The position numbers and the translations under genes are program-made. A stretch of DNA of 64,000 nucleotides, taken from the sequence record OQ383623.1; one strand, 5' to 3'. The notes under the pieces were generated by a model, which saw only the letters and a program-made list of their open reading frames with translations, made no database searches and was not told where the DNA came from. This document shows positions 9,787-18,369 of this stretch, one piece after another (position 1 is the first letter of the stretch; each line of letters starts with the position of its first letter).

Positions 9787-10209
9787 TTAGCTATTCCTTC
9801 TCACCCACGCTTGCACCGCAGACTCGAAACCTTCGTGTTCGATACCGAGTCGTTTCATTGCCAACATAGTGTTGAGGCTATTCGTAATTTCTTCACGGTA
9901 GCGATGGTCGTCCATCTTACGCCAACACTTCTCCGGGTCAACACCTAAGCGTTGGAGTAGATACGCCTCACGCACCATACCAGGCCGCCAGAATTTAGGG
10001 CGGGTAATCGCGATTTCAATCATGGGTGTCATGTCCAACGTGTGTGCGAGAATACTAACCGGCGTTTCCCCAACTTTATCACGCAGCGCTAAACGTAACC
10101 ACCACTGAACATTTGCTTTGGTTTCAGGTAACAGGTCGTAGAATAAGGCTGTTTCTTCTTCTGATAAATGATCGTATAGTGATTTTGTTTCGCGAATAGC
10201 GGTAACCAT
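9787..10209 (-). CDS. hypothetical protein
   Basis: RBS AAGGAG; 140-aa ORF in a co-oriented run. Confidence 0.65.
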   Translation of the reverse strand: MVTAIRETKSLYDHLSEEETALFYDLLPETKANVQWWLRLALRDKVGETPVSILAHTLDMTPMIEIAITRPKFWRPGMVREAYLLQRLGVDPEKCWRKMDDHRYREEITNSLNTMLAMKRLGIEHEGFESAVQAWVRRNS

Positions 10210-10227
10210 TTTAATGCTCCTTTAGAT

Positions 10228-10746
10228 TTAATCAATCTCGCGTTTAGGGCTCCTGTGAAACTTCACTTCAGGATTATCCTTAAACGTTTCCCAGATAAGG
10301 GACGCATCACCAAGCTCTTTAGTTTTCGTGGTGCGCAAGTGTGAGTCGCCAAGCATAACAGCACAACGCCCTTTTGCCATATACTTTTTAATTTTTGCAA
10401 CCATTTTAGTTTCACGAATATAAAAAGAACGGCTAAAGTTTACAGCCATTCCCTTTTTATCCTTGATATCTTTAGCGTAGGTTGCGTCGCTCCAGTCATC
10501 GATCCCAATAGCAGGGATGCCGAGTTTCTTAGCCAACTCCAGCCCCATGGGCCCAATAGAGTACATCTTCTCCTTTAATGCCTTATCTTGCGCTTTTGCA
10601 GTGTGATGTTCATACGGCCCCAGTTCTTCACACAGTAAAAAATCGTATGGTTTTTTCCGATGGTTATCGATGATTGCCCATTCAACACGATTACGATCGG
10701 CCGTGGTATGAATTTCCCCATATATGTCAACACGAATGTCCGTCAT
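10228..10746 (-). CDS. putative TraB/ChaN/EreA-superfamily protein
   Basis: YGEIH ... LLCEE ... GIDD ... RETKM ... AVMLGDSH follows the GExH/E/R/GxxH pattern of that superfamily. Confidence 0.45.
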   Translation of the reverse strand: MTDIRVDIYGEIHTTADRNRVEWAIIDNHRKKPYDFLLCEELGPYEHHTAKAQDKALKEKMYSIGPMGLELAKKLGIPAIGIDDWSDATYAKDIKDKKGMAVNFSRSFYIRETKMVAKIKKYMAKGRCAVMLGDSHLRTTKTKELGDASLIWETFKDNPEVKFHRSPKREID

Positions 10747-10997
10747 TTTAATTCCTCAAACACTATAGACGCCGGCAGCGTACCAAGCGCAGCTTTAATA
10801 CACGTACTCAGCGGAGTATCATCGAACGCAACACGCCCGATAGTACCCACGTTGATGTGTTTTGGATTTACGGGTAAGAACTCCTTCACCCGCTCGTACT
10901 CAGCCCAACAGACATCGGTGTTTAAAGCTGAAAACCCAGGACGGTGAAACATAAATAGCACTCCTCGCGTAAAAATACCCCACTCATAGTGAGGCAT
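10743..10997 (-). CDS. hypothetical protein
   Basis: 84-aa ORF with a 4-nt overlap with the next gene. Confidence 0.5.
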   Translation of the reverse strand: MPHYEWGIFTRGVLFMFHRPGFSALNTDVCWAEYERVKEFLPVNPKHINVGTIGRVAFDDTPLSTCIKAALGTLPASIVFEELK

Positions 10998-11022
10998 AAT
11001 CGTAAGGAGTGCTAAAACAGGA

Positions 11023-11538
11023 CTATGCTACCGCAGTCCTTAAAGGTTCATCTGCTTCCGCAGGAACCTGTTTCTTAAATTCAAGCCATTGTCCGTCTGT
11101 AGAGACGGTCTTGTCAAAACCGCGAGCGGTAAAGAACGCAATACCAGCTTCCTGGCAAGCGTATATTCCCCCATGCGCACTGGTGAACTGTTCATTCACA
11201 TCAAGCGCATCAAAAATCTGCGTCATCGTTTTACGACGGCGTGCCATTTCAGACACGAACATCGTACGAATCTTCAGAACCCCAGCGATTACGCGATACA
11301 AACAGTAACCAACAGGGGTGCCCCCTTCCAGAGCAACGCAAGCACGGTTCCCCGCCAACAGTTTCTCCAGAGTGAGGTTCGGAATCTCACCTTTTTCGAT
11401 ATGGAGTATGGTACGTTGGTGGTTCAGAAATTTATAATGCAGCCCCAACAGCTGTTTATTTTGTGCTTCCGTTAAATCTGAAGATGAGGAAAGAATGACA
11501 ATTTCGGCCATGAGCTGAATTCCTAAGTGAGCTTTCAC
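11023..11538 (-). CDS. GNAT-family acetyltransferase
   Basis: CVALEGGTPVGYCLY, IRTMFVSEMARRRKTMTQI (motif A), AGIAFFTARGF (motif B). Confidence 0.8.
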   Translation of the reverse strand: MKAHLGIQLMAEIVILSSSSDLTEAQNKQLLGLHYKFLNHQRTILHIEKGEIPNLTLEKLLAGNRACVALEGGTPVGYCLYRVIAGVLKIRTMFVSEMARRRKTMTQIFDALDVNEQFTSAHGGIYACQEAGIAFFTARGFDKTVSTDGQWLEFKKQVPAEADEPLRTAVA

Positions 11539-11657
11539 CTGCGATGAAAGCGAGTAACGAAGAATTGCGTTTGTGTTTTCTTAAGTTTACCGGTAAAGCT
11601 TAGCGGTGTATACCGCTGCAGGTAAAGACCAGTTCTCTATCGGAACCGTGTCTTTAA

Positions 11658-11936
11658 TCAGCAACGTCGTTGAAAACGTCGCGATGCTGAGGTAACCTTC
11701 CGTCGCCACATTCGCTCATGGCGCTTCTGATTACCACGCCAGTCTTCCCCGACTGTGCGTGAAACTGCAAAATCATCCGGCCCGCAGACTTCCGCGATGT
11801 CTGCTAGAAGGTTCTTTGAAGACCCTATAGCCATCCCCACACTCGAAAGAACGATACGCCGGGTTGGCTCGGCCGCCCCTGAACCCACGACCACGGGATC
11901 AGAGACTGTTTCACTGTCACATGATACTTCTCCCAC
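11658..11936 (-). CDS. hypothetical protein
   Basis: RBS AGGAGG before GTG; basic C-terminus. Confidence 0.55.
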   Translation of the reverse strand: MGEVSCDSETVSDPVVVGSGAAEPTRRIVLSSVGMAIGSSKNLLADIAEVCGPDDFAVSRTVGEDWRGNQKRHERMWRRKVTSASRRFQRRC

Positions 11937-11954
11937 TTCGTAATTACCCTCCTG

Positions 11955-12050
11955 TTAAAACCAACCTTGCGTCAATGCAAGGATTGCGCCTAGGGCGTAT
12001 GCGCCTGCTCCTAGTACCAGACTACAGATGATACACCCAACCCACTTCAC
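11955..12050 (-). CDS. 31-aa membrane micro-protein (not in ORF track)
   Basis: GTG overlaps the upstream TAG; MKWVGCIICSLVLGAGAYALGAILALTQGWF. Confidence 0.45.
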   Translation of the reverse strand: MKWVGCIICSLVLGAGAYALGAILALTQGWF

Positions 12051-12181
12051 TAAAATAACCATGATGCCAGAAATGCTCCGATTGCACAGATGATAATCGT
12101 AATGCCAAGGTCTGTCCAGGTGGCACCATCATACGCACCTGTTGCAATCATGGCTGCGTTGACACTATTCACGACTGTCAT
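12050..12181 (-). CDS. 43-aa membrane micro-protein (not in ORF track)
   Basis: MTVVNSVNAAMIATGAYDGATWTDLGITIIICAIGAFLASWLF; overlaps the upstream ORF end. Confidence 0.45.
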   Translation of the reverse strand: MTVVNSVNAAMIATGAYDGATWTDLGITIIICAIGAFLASWLF

Positions 12182-12368
12182 AAGCCGGGTCCCTTAAACG
12201 CGGGGGCTTGCTCCACAGATTACCGAAGTAAACCCCTTCTAAGAACACCAAAACAACTAAGCCCCAAAAGGCAGGCGTAGCGCGAGACATGAAAATACCG
12301 AGTAGCACCACAGTGTGCATTACCACAACTGCCCAAAACTTTAAACGACCAGGTTTACGTCTTGCCAT
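12165..12368 (-). CDS. small two-TM membrane protein
   Basis: MARRKPGRLKFWAVVVMHTVVLLGIF...FWGLVVLVFLEGVYF; RBS AAGGA. Confidence 0.55.
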   Translation of the reverse strand: MARRKPGRLKFWAVVVMHTVVLLGIFMSRATPAFWGLVVLVFLEGVYFGNLWSKPPRLRDPAYDSRE

Positions 12369-12459
12369 GGAATGCCCATCCTTTCGTGCGGATAATCCAA
12401 CCCCAGGCACCACGAATCAACCACAGTGCAATACCGGTTAATACGATACCTTCAATCAT
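12355..12459 (-). CDS. 34-aa membrane micro-protein (not in ORF track)
   Basis: RBS AGGAG; ATG overlaps the upstream TGA; MIEGIVLTGIALWLIRGAWGWIIRTKGWAFHGKT. Confidence 0.45.
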   Translation of the reverse strand: MIEGIVLTGIALWLIRGAWGWIIRTKGWAFHGKT

Positions 12460-12647
12460 GTCCGTTCTCCTATATCTCGCCACTCACAACGCGTGTCAAA
12501 AAGGCGTTCTTTAAGAGCAGAGGCTAAATAGACAACTGCAGCGATAACCACCACGGCTGCACAAAAGGAGAGGTACAGTACCATCACAACAAACTGAAGG
12601 AACTGAAAACCCCACCAAGCCCATAAGCGCCAACCTTTATGATGCAT
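12456..12647 (-). CDS. small membrane protein
   Basis: Long hydrophobic stretch; start overlaps the SbcC stop. Confidence 0.55.
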   Translation of the reverse strand: MHHKGWRLWAWWGFQFLQFVVMVLYLSFCAAVVVIAAVVYLASALKERLFDTRCEWRDIGERT

Positions 12648-15147
12648 ATTTGATTATTACCCCTTCGTTATACACCGGTGGAAGCGTTACACCTTCTGGT
12701 TCTACGACACAGTAGGTGGCTTCGTTAAGTTTAGAATGAACTTCCGCTTCATGCGAAACGACCAGCAATTGAGAAAACTCTCCCGACAACGCCAACGATT
12801 TAATGAAGTTAACTAATCGGTTTTTGTGTTCTTCATCCATGCCTTCAGATGGTTCATCCAATAACAAAGGATAATTTTGTAAACCAAGTGCTTTATACGC
12901 CGTTAAACGAAACATCATGTTGAAAATGATACGCTGTGCTTTTGAACCTTTCTTCACGTCAGGTACCAGTTCTTCATGGTCTTTTAATCGCACCGGGAAA
13001 GTATAATCCAAATCCCCGTCGGTTAGATCGCACGGAATAACCTGCATCGGATATGCCCACACCATTTCGATATACCGATTCATTAAATCCATGATGCGGG
13101 TAATCGCAGCATAAAAGTAACGACGCAATAATCCTTTTTCGGGTGAGACGGCATTGATAATCAATCTGGCATGGTGATGCTCTTTAAGCAATTCAGCTTG
13201 CTCTTTTTCCAGTTCCGCTAAACGTGCAATAGCCCCTTCCATTTGACGAAACCGTTCACGAGCGGAAGTGTACGCATCGAGCTTCGCTTCGCGTCGGTTT
13301 AACAACTCACGAACCACGACGTTGTTAACGGAGATGTTCATTTCCGATACCAGAGATTCGTAGCCTTTTTGGAAACGTTCGATTGCTTCTTTGGTTTGTT
13401 GCAGTTGGGTGGTTTCGCGTTCCAGCTCATTAGCTTGTCTGCGGTATTCTATCAGTCGACGGTTAGCCCCGTCCAGTTGTGAACGGATATGTTCAATTTT
13501 CTGGCTCAGCGCACCATCAACGTTACCTACTGCGGCAACAGCCTCTTGCCATTCCCGTTCCGCTGTTGCAAGCTTCGCCGATTGACGCAGATACATCATG
13601 GCCGAATCTAGCTCTTCAGTAAAGGCACGTGCAATGGCACCGTAACGATCCCGCGCCGTGGTGAAGATATCCAGCTCCTGCAGTTTACGGAAAAACAAAC
13701 CGACAACAGGATGGTTGGAATACGACATGACGATTTCGCGAATCGTACGTAAGCTACGGACGTCCTCTTCAATCTCTTTGCGGTCACGCAAAAGACTATC
13801 CATTTCGTCTTTCAGCTGCTTCTTCCAACCTTCATTATCGTTGATGGCCTTTTCAATTTCAGGTAACGACTTACGAATCCCAGGACGGAAACGGTGGTTA
13901 CACTGTGGACAATCAACTTCTGCAGTTTCTAAGAAGTGTTGACGGTCGTGGTATAAACCGTGTAGCACATTCTCACAACGTTGCAGCTTTTCAGATAGAC
14001 CCGCAGAGGTTAAATCCATACCCTGTAAACGCTTCTCTAACGCTCCCAGGCGATCTGTTGTCTTTAACTGGTCCAGATGCATGGACAACGGTAAATTCCA
14101 GTTACAGGCATCGTTTAACGCGTTCTGAATGCTGTCCACATCAATGCGGGTACCTTCAAACAGAGCCGGGAACATCCAGTTCTGTTGGAACGTTGCCAGT
14201 TCCTGTTTTAAGCTGTCGATTGTTTGTTTTAGACCGGTATGGTTGCGCATCAGATACGCTTGACGCGACTCCTCATCCAGTAGCTGTGACAACTCTTTAT
14301 TGTACATGTTGCATTCAGTTTCAGCAGAGGCAGCTTGCTCACGCCAGGCAACTACACGACTTTGAAACTCGTTAATCAGTTCGTCAGAAGGCAGAACACC
14401 ATAACGTTCCATAATGAGTTTTACGGCCGGTTGCAACGAAGCAATGCGTTTCCGGATACTATCAACCGAAACGGCGTTATCTAAACCGGGTCTCGCTTCA
14501 ATTGTGCGGTTTAATTCCTGAAGCTCAGCATCGAGTTCTTTCAAACGAACTTCCAAACGTGCACGATCTTCTTCATCGTCCACCACGCGCATTTTTGCCT
14601 CACCGATTTTTCGTCCGGTGTGCTCAATGGCCCCACTTAAACTGGAAGCGAGTTTACGCAAACGTCGATAGCAACCAACAACGTACGTCAGATCAGATTC
14701 TGACATTAACGTAAACCATTTACGACGAACTTCGGTAGTGGCGTCAGTTAATAAGGTCTCACCATTAATTAACTCTTTGATTTCTTTGGTGATTCCGGTT
14801 AATTGCTCCACCATGGAGTTGTAAACTTTGGCGTTTACCGAGTCTACGATGGAGACACCTTTAGTGATATTGAAAATACTACAAGACAAAGAAGACCCAC
14901 GTCGCAGGACTTCAAACTTAAGACGGTCGTCCCCGACTAACGCGTAGTTAGTGTAGGAACCACCTTCACGGAATTCTGATTTTGCTGGAGCTAAGGGGAG
15001 AAAAACAGATAGGAGGCTTGTTTTACCGCAGCCGTTGCCACCGAGGATGATGGTAACGGTTGACTTAAGGGTGAAATCAAACGTTTCGATTTCATGTAAC
15101 CCCATGCCGGTAAATCCTTTCAAAATGATACGTTCGACCTTGAGCAT
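12637..15147 (-). CDS. sbcC: SbcC/Rad50-like SMC ATPase
   Basis: Walker A GGNGCGKT, long coiled coils, zinc hook CPQC, signature KGSKAQ, Walker B LLLDEP, H-loop VVSH. Confidence 0.92.
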   Translation of the reverse strand: MLKVERIILKGFTGMGLHEIETFDFTLKSTVTIILGGNGCGKTSLLSVFLPLAPAKSEFREGGSYTNYALVGDDRLKFEVLRRGSSLSCSIFNITKGVSIVDSVNAKVYNSMVEQLTGITKEIKELINGETLLTDATTEVRRKWFTLMSESDLTYVVGCYRRLRKLASSLSGAIEHTGRKIGEAKMRVVDDEEDRARLEVRLKELDAELQELNRTIEARPGLDNAVSVDSIRKRIASLQPAVKLIMERYGVLPSDELINEFQSRVVAWREQAASAETECNMYNKELSQLLDEESRQAYLMRNHTGLKQTIDSLKQELATFQQNWMFPALFEGTRIDVDSIQNALNDACNWNLPLSMHLDQLKTTDRLGALEKRLQGMDLTSAGLSEKLQRCENVLHGLYHDRQHFLETAEVDCPQCNHRFRPGIRKSLPEIEKAINDNEGWKKQLKDEMDSLLRDRKEIEEDVRSLRTIREIVMSYSNHPVVGLFFRKLQELDIFTTARDRYGAIARAFTEELDSAMMYLRQSAKLATAEREWQEAVAAVGNVDGALSQKIEHIRSQLDGANRRLIEYRRQANELERETTQLQQTKEAIERFQKGYESLVSEMNISVNNVVVRELLNRREAKLDAYTSARERFRQMEGAIARLAELEKEQAELLKEHHHARLIINAVSPEKGLLRRYFYAAITRIMDLMNRYIEMVWAYPMQVIPCDLTDGDLDYTFPVRLKDHEELVPDVKKGSKAQRIIFNMMFRLTAYKALGLQNYPLLLDEPSEGMDEEHKNRLVNFIKSLALSGEFSQLLVVSHEAEVHSKLNEATYCVVEPEGVTLPPVYNEGVIIKYAS

Positions 15148-15200
15148 GTTTGCCTTCTAATGAGAAAGTATTAGTCGTTCATATCCAAAAGGTCATGCGT

Positions 15201-15233
15201 AAAAAAGAAGAAATGGAACCCCGAAGGGTTCCA
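15201..15233 (-). terminator. intrinsic terminator
   Basis: TGGAACCC-UUCG-GGGTTCCA plus T-tract on the minus strand. Confidence 0.75.
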
Positions 15234-15243
15234 GAGAGGAGAG

Positions 15244-15870
15244 TTATTGCGGAATAAACTTACGGTGTCCGAGTGATTCCCAAAAACTATCGGTGCGCTC
15301 TTTGGTTAATTCGTACCACGCACGTCCGGCATCAGAATCGACAACCTTTAACGTTTCAGTAAGCAGGAATTTGAACAGTTCTGCGCTACGACCCGGTGCC
15401 ACGCCGTCGAGATATATCGGGATTAAATAACCGGTTTTGATTTCTTCGTACGGTTGCGATTGGTGCTGACCAACAACCCAGGCATCAGCAGCGCTACCGA
15501 CCAAAGTGGTGTTTACAGTTAACTCATCGGAAATCCAGTTAACTGTATCAGCCATTATTGAATCGCCATTGACGTAGAAGAAAACTAAACGTTTAGGTTG
15601 CTCCACCGAACCAGCCAAATCTAATGCAGTAGTTCCGGTGAAGATCGTATTATTGGGATTACGTTCTGCAATAGGTAGAGCAAACCACGCTTCTAGCTGT
15701 TCCCAGCTACGCGGCAGTGCTTCTTTAAACCACTTCACCAATCGCGGGTATTCCAGAAACCCTTCTACCTCTTCTTCCATCAGATTGATACGCAGTTTGG
15801 TATCCTGACGATTCGCTTTCTGACACGTCACCATGTCGTCGATGAAACGAATCAGGGTAATCTCGTTCAT
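15244..15870 (-). CDS. hypothetical protein
   Basis: RBS AAGGA; 208-aa ORF bracketed by terminators. Confidence 0.7.
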   Translation of the reverse strand: MNEITLIRFIDDMVTCQKANRQDTKLRINLMEEEVEGFLEYPRLVKWFKEALPRSWEQLEAWFALPIAERNPNNTIFTGTTALDLAGSVEQPKRLVFFYVNGDSIMADTVNWISDELTVNTTLVGSAADAWVVGQHQSQPYEEIKTGYLIPIYLDGVAPGRSAELFKFLLTETLKVVDSDAGRAWYELTKERTDSFWESLGHRKFIPQ

Positions 15871-15888
15871 GTTTAATCCTTCTTCAAC

Positions 15889-15917
15889 AAAAAAAGAAGG
15901 TAGCCCGTAGGCTACCT
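15889..15917 (-). terminator. intrinsic terminator
   Basis: AGGTAGCC/GGCTACCT stem then TCTTTTTTT on the minus strand. Confidence 0.75.
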
Positions 15918-15924
15918 CTCGTAT

Positions 15925-16425
15925 TTACAGCCCCATATGCATAAGGGAAATGATTGGGACCTTACGGCCACGAATCATTGCATATGGTTCGTACATTTGT
16001 GCGTTAGTTTCGAATAACTCACAGGCCGGAATACGGTCACCGGTGGAAAGTTGTAAGACTTCGATTTGGTCGCCCCAGAAATTGTTTACTAATACGTGGT
16101 CGACAGTGTTGTCTTCACGACCTTCAGGGGTTTTGCAATAAGTGGCTGCAGCGTACCAACCTTTGCGGTATACTTCATAACCCGCATGAAGCATCCGATA
16201 GTACGGACGTAGTTGTGGGGCATTCAACGCAGCATCTAGCCACTCGCTGTGAATGCTGTTAATCAATACGGTCGCTTCTTCTGGCCAGTCGGTGCGGTTT
16301 AGGGTTAACTCGCCTAACAGCTTTAACTTCCAGCCAGTGGAAAGAATGGCACGGGTACGTTCGGGATTGACGTTCATCTGAGTAAAGAAAGAAGAACGGG
16401 TATCGTCGAGAATGTTCATGTTCAT
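15925..16425 (-). CDS. hypothetical protein
   Basis: RBS AAGGA before ATG 16425. Confidence 0.65.
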   Translation of the reverse strand: MNMNILDDTRSSFFTQMNVNPERTRAILSTGWKLKLLGELTLNRTDWPEEATVLINSIHSEWLDAALNAPQLRPYYRMLHAGYEVYRKGWYAAATYCKTPEGREDNTVDHVLVNNFWGDQIEVLQLSTGDRIPACELFETNAQMYEPYAMIRGRKVPIISLMHMGL

Positions 16426-16520
16426 TTGCTTAATCCTTACGAGTAATAGTCGATTAAAAAGGACCCTGCGGCTAAGTGTTGGGGAAATCACCGCAGGGCC
16501 AAAGTGAGATGGGTCGTCAT

Positions 16521-16542
16521 CTCACGTTATAACATCTGTCTG
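16521..16542 (-). promoter_or_regulatory. conserved promoter-like motif CAGACAGATGTTATAACGTGAG
   Basis: Intergenic copy of the motif at 18340 and 22108. Confidence 0.5.
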
Positions 16543-16554
16543 AAAACTTTTCGG

Positions 16555-16938
16555 TTACTGGTCGAGCGCTACTGAACCACGCACCACCCCTTGCTGTTCA
16601 ATAACCAGGAGGCGTTGTTTGGTTTTCGTATTGTAAGCGAGCGACGCGCGAAGCGTCGGGTCGCACGTTATTGTCTCTACCGGCACAATCTCTTGTGCCT
16701 TTGAGTTCAACAAGAAGTAGTAACCAGCCGGACAAGTTTCCTCGCCCTTTGCGTGGACCAGGATATACTCGTCGTGACGGCTGACTTCTTCACATCTGCC
16801 ATCGTCGCCAGTACAGACTTCGAATGAAGGCGGGTTGTACTGATACGGCGTGCCTGGCAGTAAATCTTCTACGCTGGTTGTAGCTGAAGCAGAAGCGGTC
16901 AAGAACACCGCCGCGATAATACCCATAAATCCACGCAT
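16555..16938 (-). CDS. secreted 4-Cys protein (paralog 4 of array)
   Basis: Sec signal (ASA-A); PSFEVC...C-x-x-V...G-x-x-x-CPAGYY...C pattern shared with neighbours. Confidence 0.7.
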   Translation of the reverse strand: MRGFMGIIAAVFLTASASATTSVEDLLPGTPYQYNPPSFEVCTGDDGRCEEVSRHDEYILVHAKGEETCPAGYYFLLNSKAQEIVPVETITCDPTLRASLAYNTKTKQRLLVIEQQGVVRGSVALDQ

Positions 16939-16951
16939 GTTGTTTCCTTAC

Positions 16952-17362
16952 TTAAAAGTCGAGTTTATTGATGCCTACGTTTTTCTTAATCGTAGGGTCG
17001 TACATGATAACTGTCAGGGCATTGTCGCCTGGGTCGCGTGTAAACTCAGCAACGGCTTCACCGCTACAGGCTTGGTTATCATTGTAGTTCATGGATTCGG
17101 CCTGACCTGTTGCCATGTTAATAACCCCGTATTCAGGGTCGCCACATGCGACACCGCCCATCGTTTTCACTAACAGGTAACGGTTGTTATCGGACATCGC
17201 AACGATCTGACAGCTACCGCCTTGTACGTCAGAGTTCTGGCACCAGAACGGCCCGCCGTATTCGTGATCGTTAACAACTTTTGGTAACTCGATACTTCCA
17301 GCGCGAGCGAAGAAGCTAATGGCCAGAGTAGCAAGTAAAACTGGTAATAAAAAATGTTTCAT
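16952..17362 (-). CDS. secreted 4-Cys protein (paralog 3 of array)
   Basis: Sec signal (ARA); PFWC...CQIV...GGVACGDPEYG...C. Confidence 0.7.
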   Translation of the reverse strand: MKHFLLPVLLATLAISFFARAGSIELPKVVNDHEYGGPFWCQNSDVQGGSCQIVAMSDNNRYLLVKTMGGVACGDPEYGVINMATGQAESMNYNDNQACSGEAVAEFTRDPGDNALTVIMYDPTIKKNVGINKLDF

Positions 17363-17384
17363 AATAGTACCTCAATTTTTTGAG

Positions 17385-17876
17385 TTATTCTGAATAGTCG
17401 ATTGTTTTGATGGTTTCCATACCGTAGTACATAGCGATGGAGGCCAGAGTTTTGGTATCCGGTCGCTGTACAAAACCGGCCCTGAAATCTTTGCTGCAAA
17501 TTTTCTCCACTGATAGTTCATCACGATTAGGGATAAGCCATAACGCGTCACCATTGTGACGGTCGACTGCACCCCACCAACCACCTGGGCAATCTTTATC
17601 GCCAGGACGGTGTACGATAGCGACACGACCGTTGAAGGATATGTCAACTACACGACACTGTTTCTTAAGCAGCTTACGCGCATTGCACCAGAACGGCTTA
17701 TCATTAAGATTGATGGTGCGGGTATATGCTGGAATGCTGCCGTTAATACTGCCCTGGAACCCGCTGAATTCGTCAGCGCGTGCCTTAGAAATCCGTAGCC
17801 CAACAACAACTGCCATCAACAGCACAGTAAAAAGCACCACTTTGGCCAAGTGGCGATTAACGTTATTGCATTTCAT
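17385..17876 (-). CDS. secreted or anchored Cys-containing protein (paralog 2 of array)
   Basis: Hydrophobic N-terminus ending ARA; PFWC...CRVV...GDKDCPGGWWG...C. Confidence 0.7.
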   Translation of the reverse strand: MKCNNVNRHLAKVVLFTVLLMAVVVGLRISKARADEFSGFQGSINGSIPAYTRTINLNDKPFWCNARKLLKKQCRVVDISFNGRVAIVHRPGDKDCPGGWWGAVDRHNGDALWLIPNRDELSVEKICSKDFRAGFVQRPDTKTLASIAMYYGMETIKTIDYSE

Positions 17877-18264
17877 TTTTGATATCTCCACGATTGAGGG
17901 TGATGCGACCGACGAGCACATCGTTGTGATAAAAGCTCACAGCAACCAAATTCGGTAATTCCAGTGGCGATACACTGACCGAGGTGACTTTTGGTTGATT
18001 GCACGATATGTCGATTAACCGCTGATACATTTTCAATTTCTTATCAGCGATAACCAGCCCTGTGCAGTTCTTACCGTCCGTCAGTCTGTAGATTTGTAAC
18101 TGTTCGACCTCACGCATCAGTTCCGGTTTTTCATTCGGCGCAATGCCATAATCCGAATCAGCTGATGTGTATTCAGTCACGTCTGGCTTATCGAAAGCAT
18201 AAGTTGCTGCAATACCACATGCGGCCAGAACCACTACTGCTTGTAAGAACTTCTTGATAGTCAT
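17863..18264 (-). CDS. secreted protein (probable distant paralog 1 of array)
   Basis: Signal peptide (AYA-like, TYA); GKNCTG...ISC aligns with the last two Cys of the neighbours. Confidence 0.6.
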   Translation of the reverse strand: MTIKKFLQAVVVLAACGIAATYAFDKPDVTEYTSADSDYGIAPNEKPELMREVEQLQIYRLTDGKNCTGLVIADKKLKMYQRLIDISCNQPKVTSVSVSPLELPNLVAVSFYHNDVLVGRITLNRGDIKNEMQ

Positions 18265-18289
18265 GTTTTACTCTATAGTCGATTGGTTT

Positions 18290-18318
18290 AAAAAAGAATA
18301 GGCTACCCGAGGGTAGCC
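18290..18318 (-). terminator. intrinsic terminator
   Basis: GGCTACC/GGTAGCC stem then TATTCTTTTTT. Confidence 0.7.
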
Positions 18319-18339
18319 AGTTGAGTTAATCTCTTAACT

Positions 18340-18362
18340 CTCACCTAGGTAATATATATCTG
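18340..18362 (-). promoter_or_regulatory. conserved promoter-like motif CAGATATATATTACCTAGGTGAG
   Basis: Similar motifs at 16521-16542, 22108-22130 and 9072-9093; contains TATTAC, the reported phiKZ early-promoter core. Confidence 0.5.
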
Positions 18363-18369
18363 AGATATT

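Noticed and set aside
11581-11657. Possible tRNA from the cluster of hairpins
   Set aside because: No cloverleaf, T-loop (TTC.A) or D-loop consensus; kept only as a possible leader structure.
12637-15147. sbcC without adjacent sbcD as an anomaly
   Set aside because: The two genes are commonly unlinked in jumbo phages; sbcD may lie outside the window.
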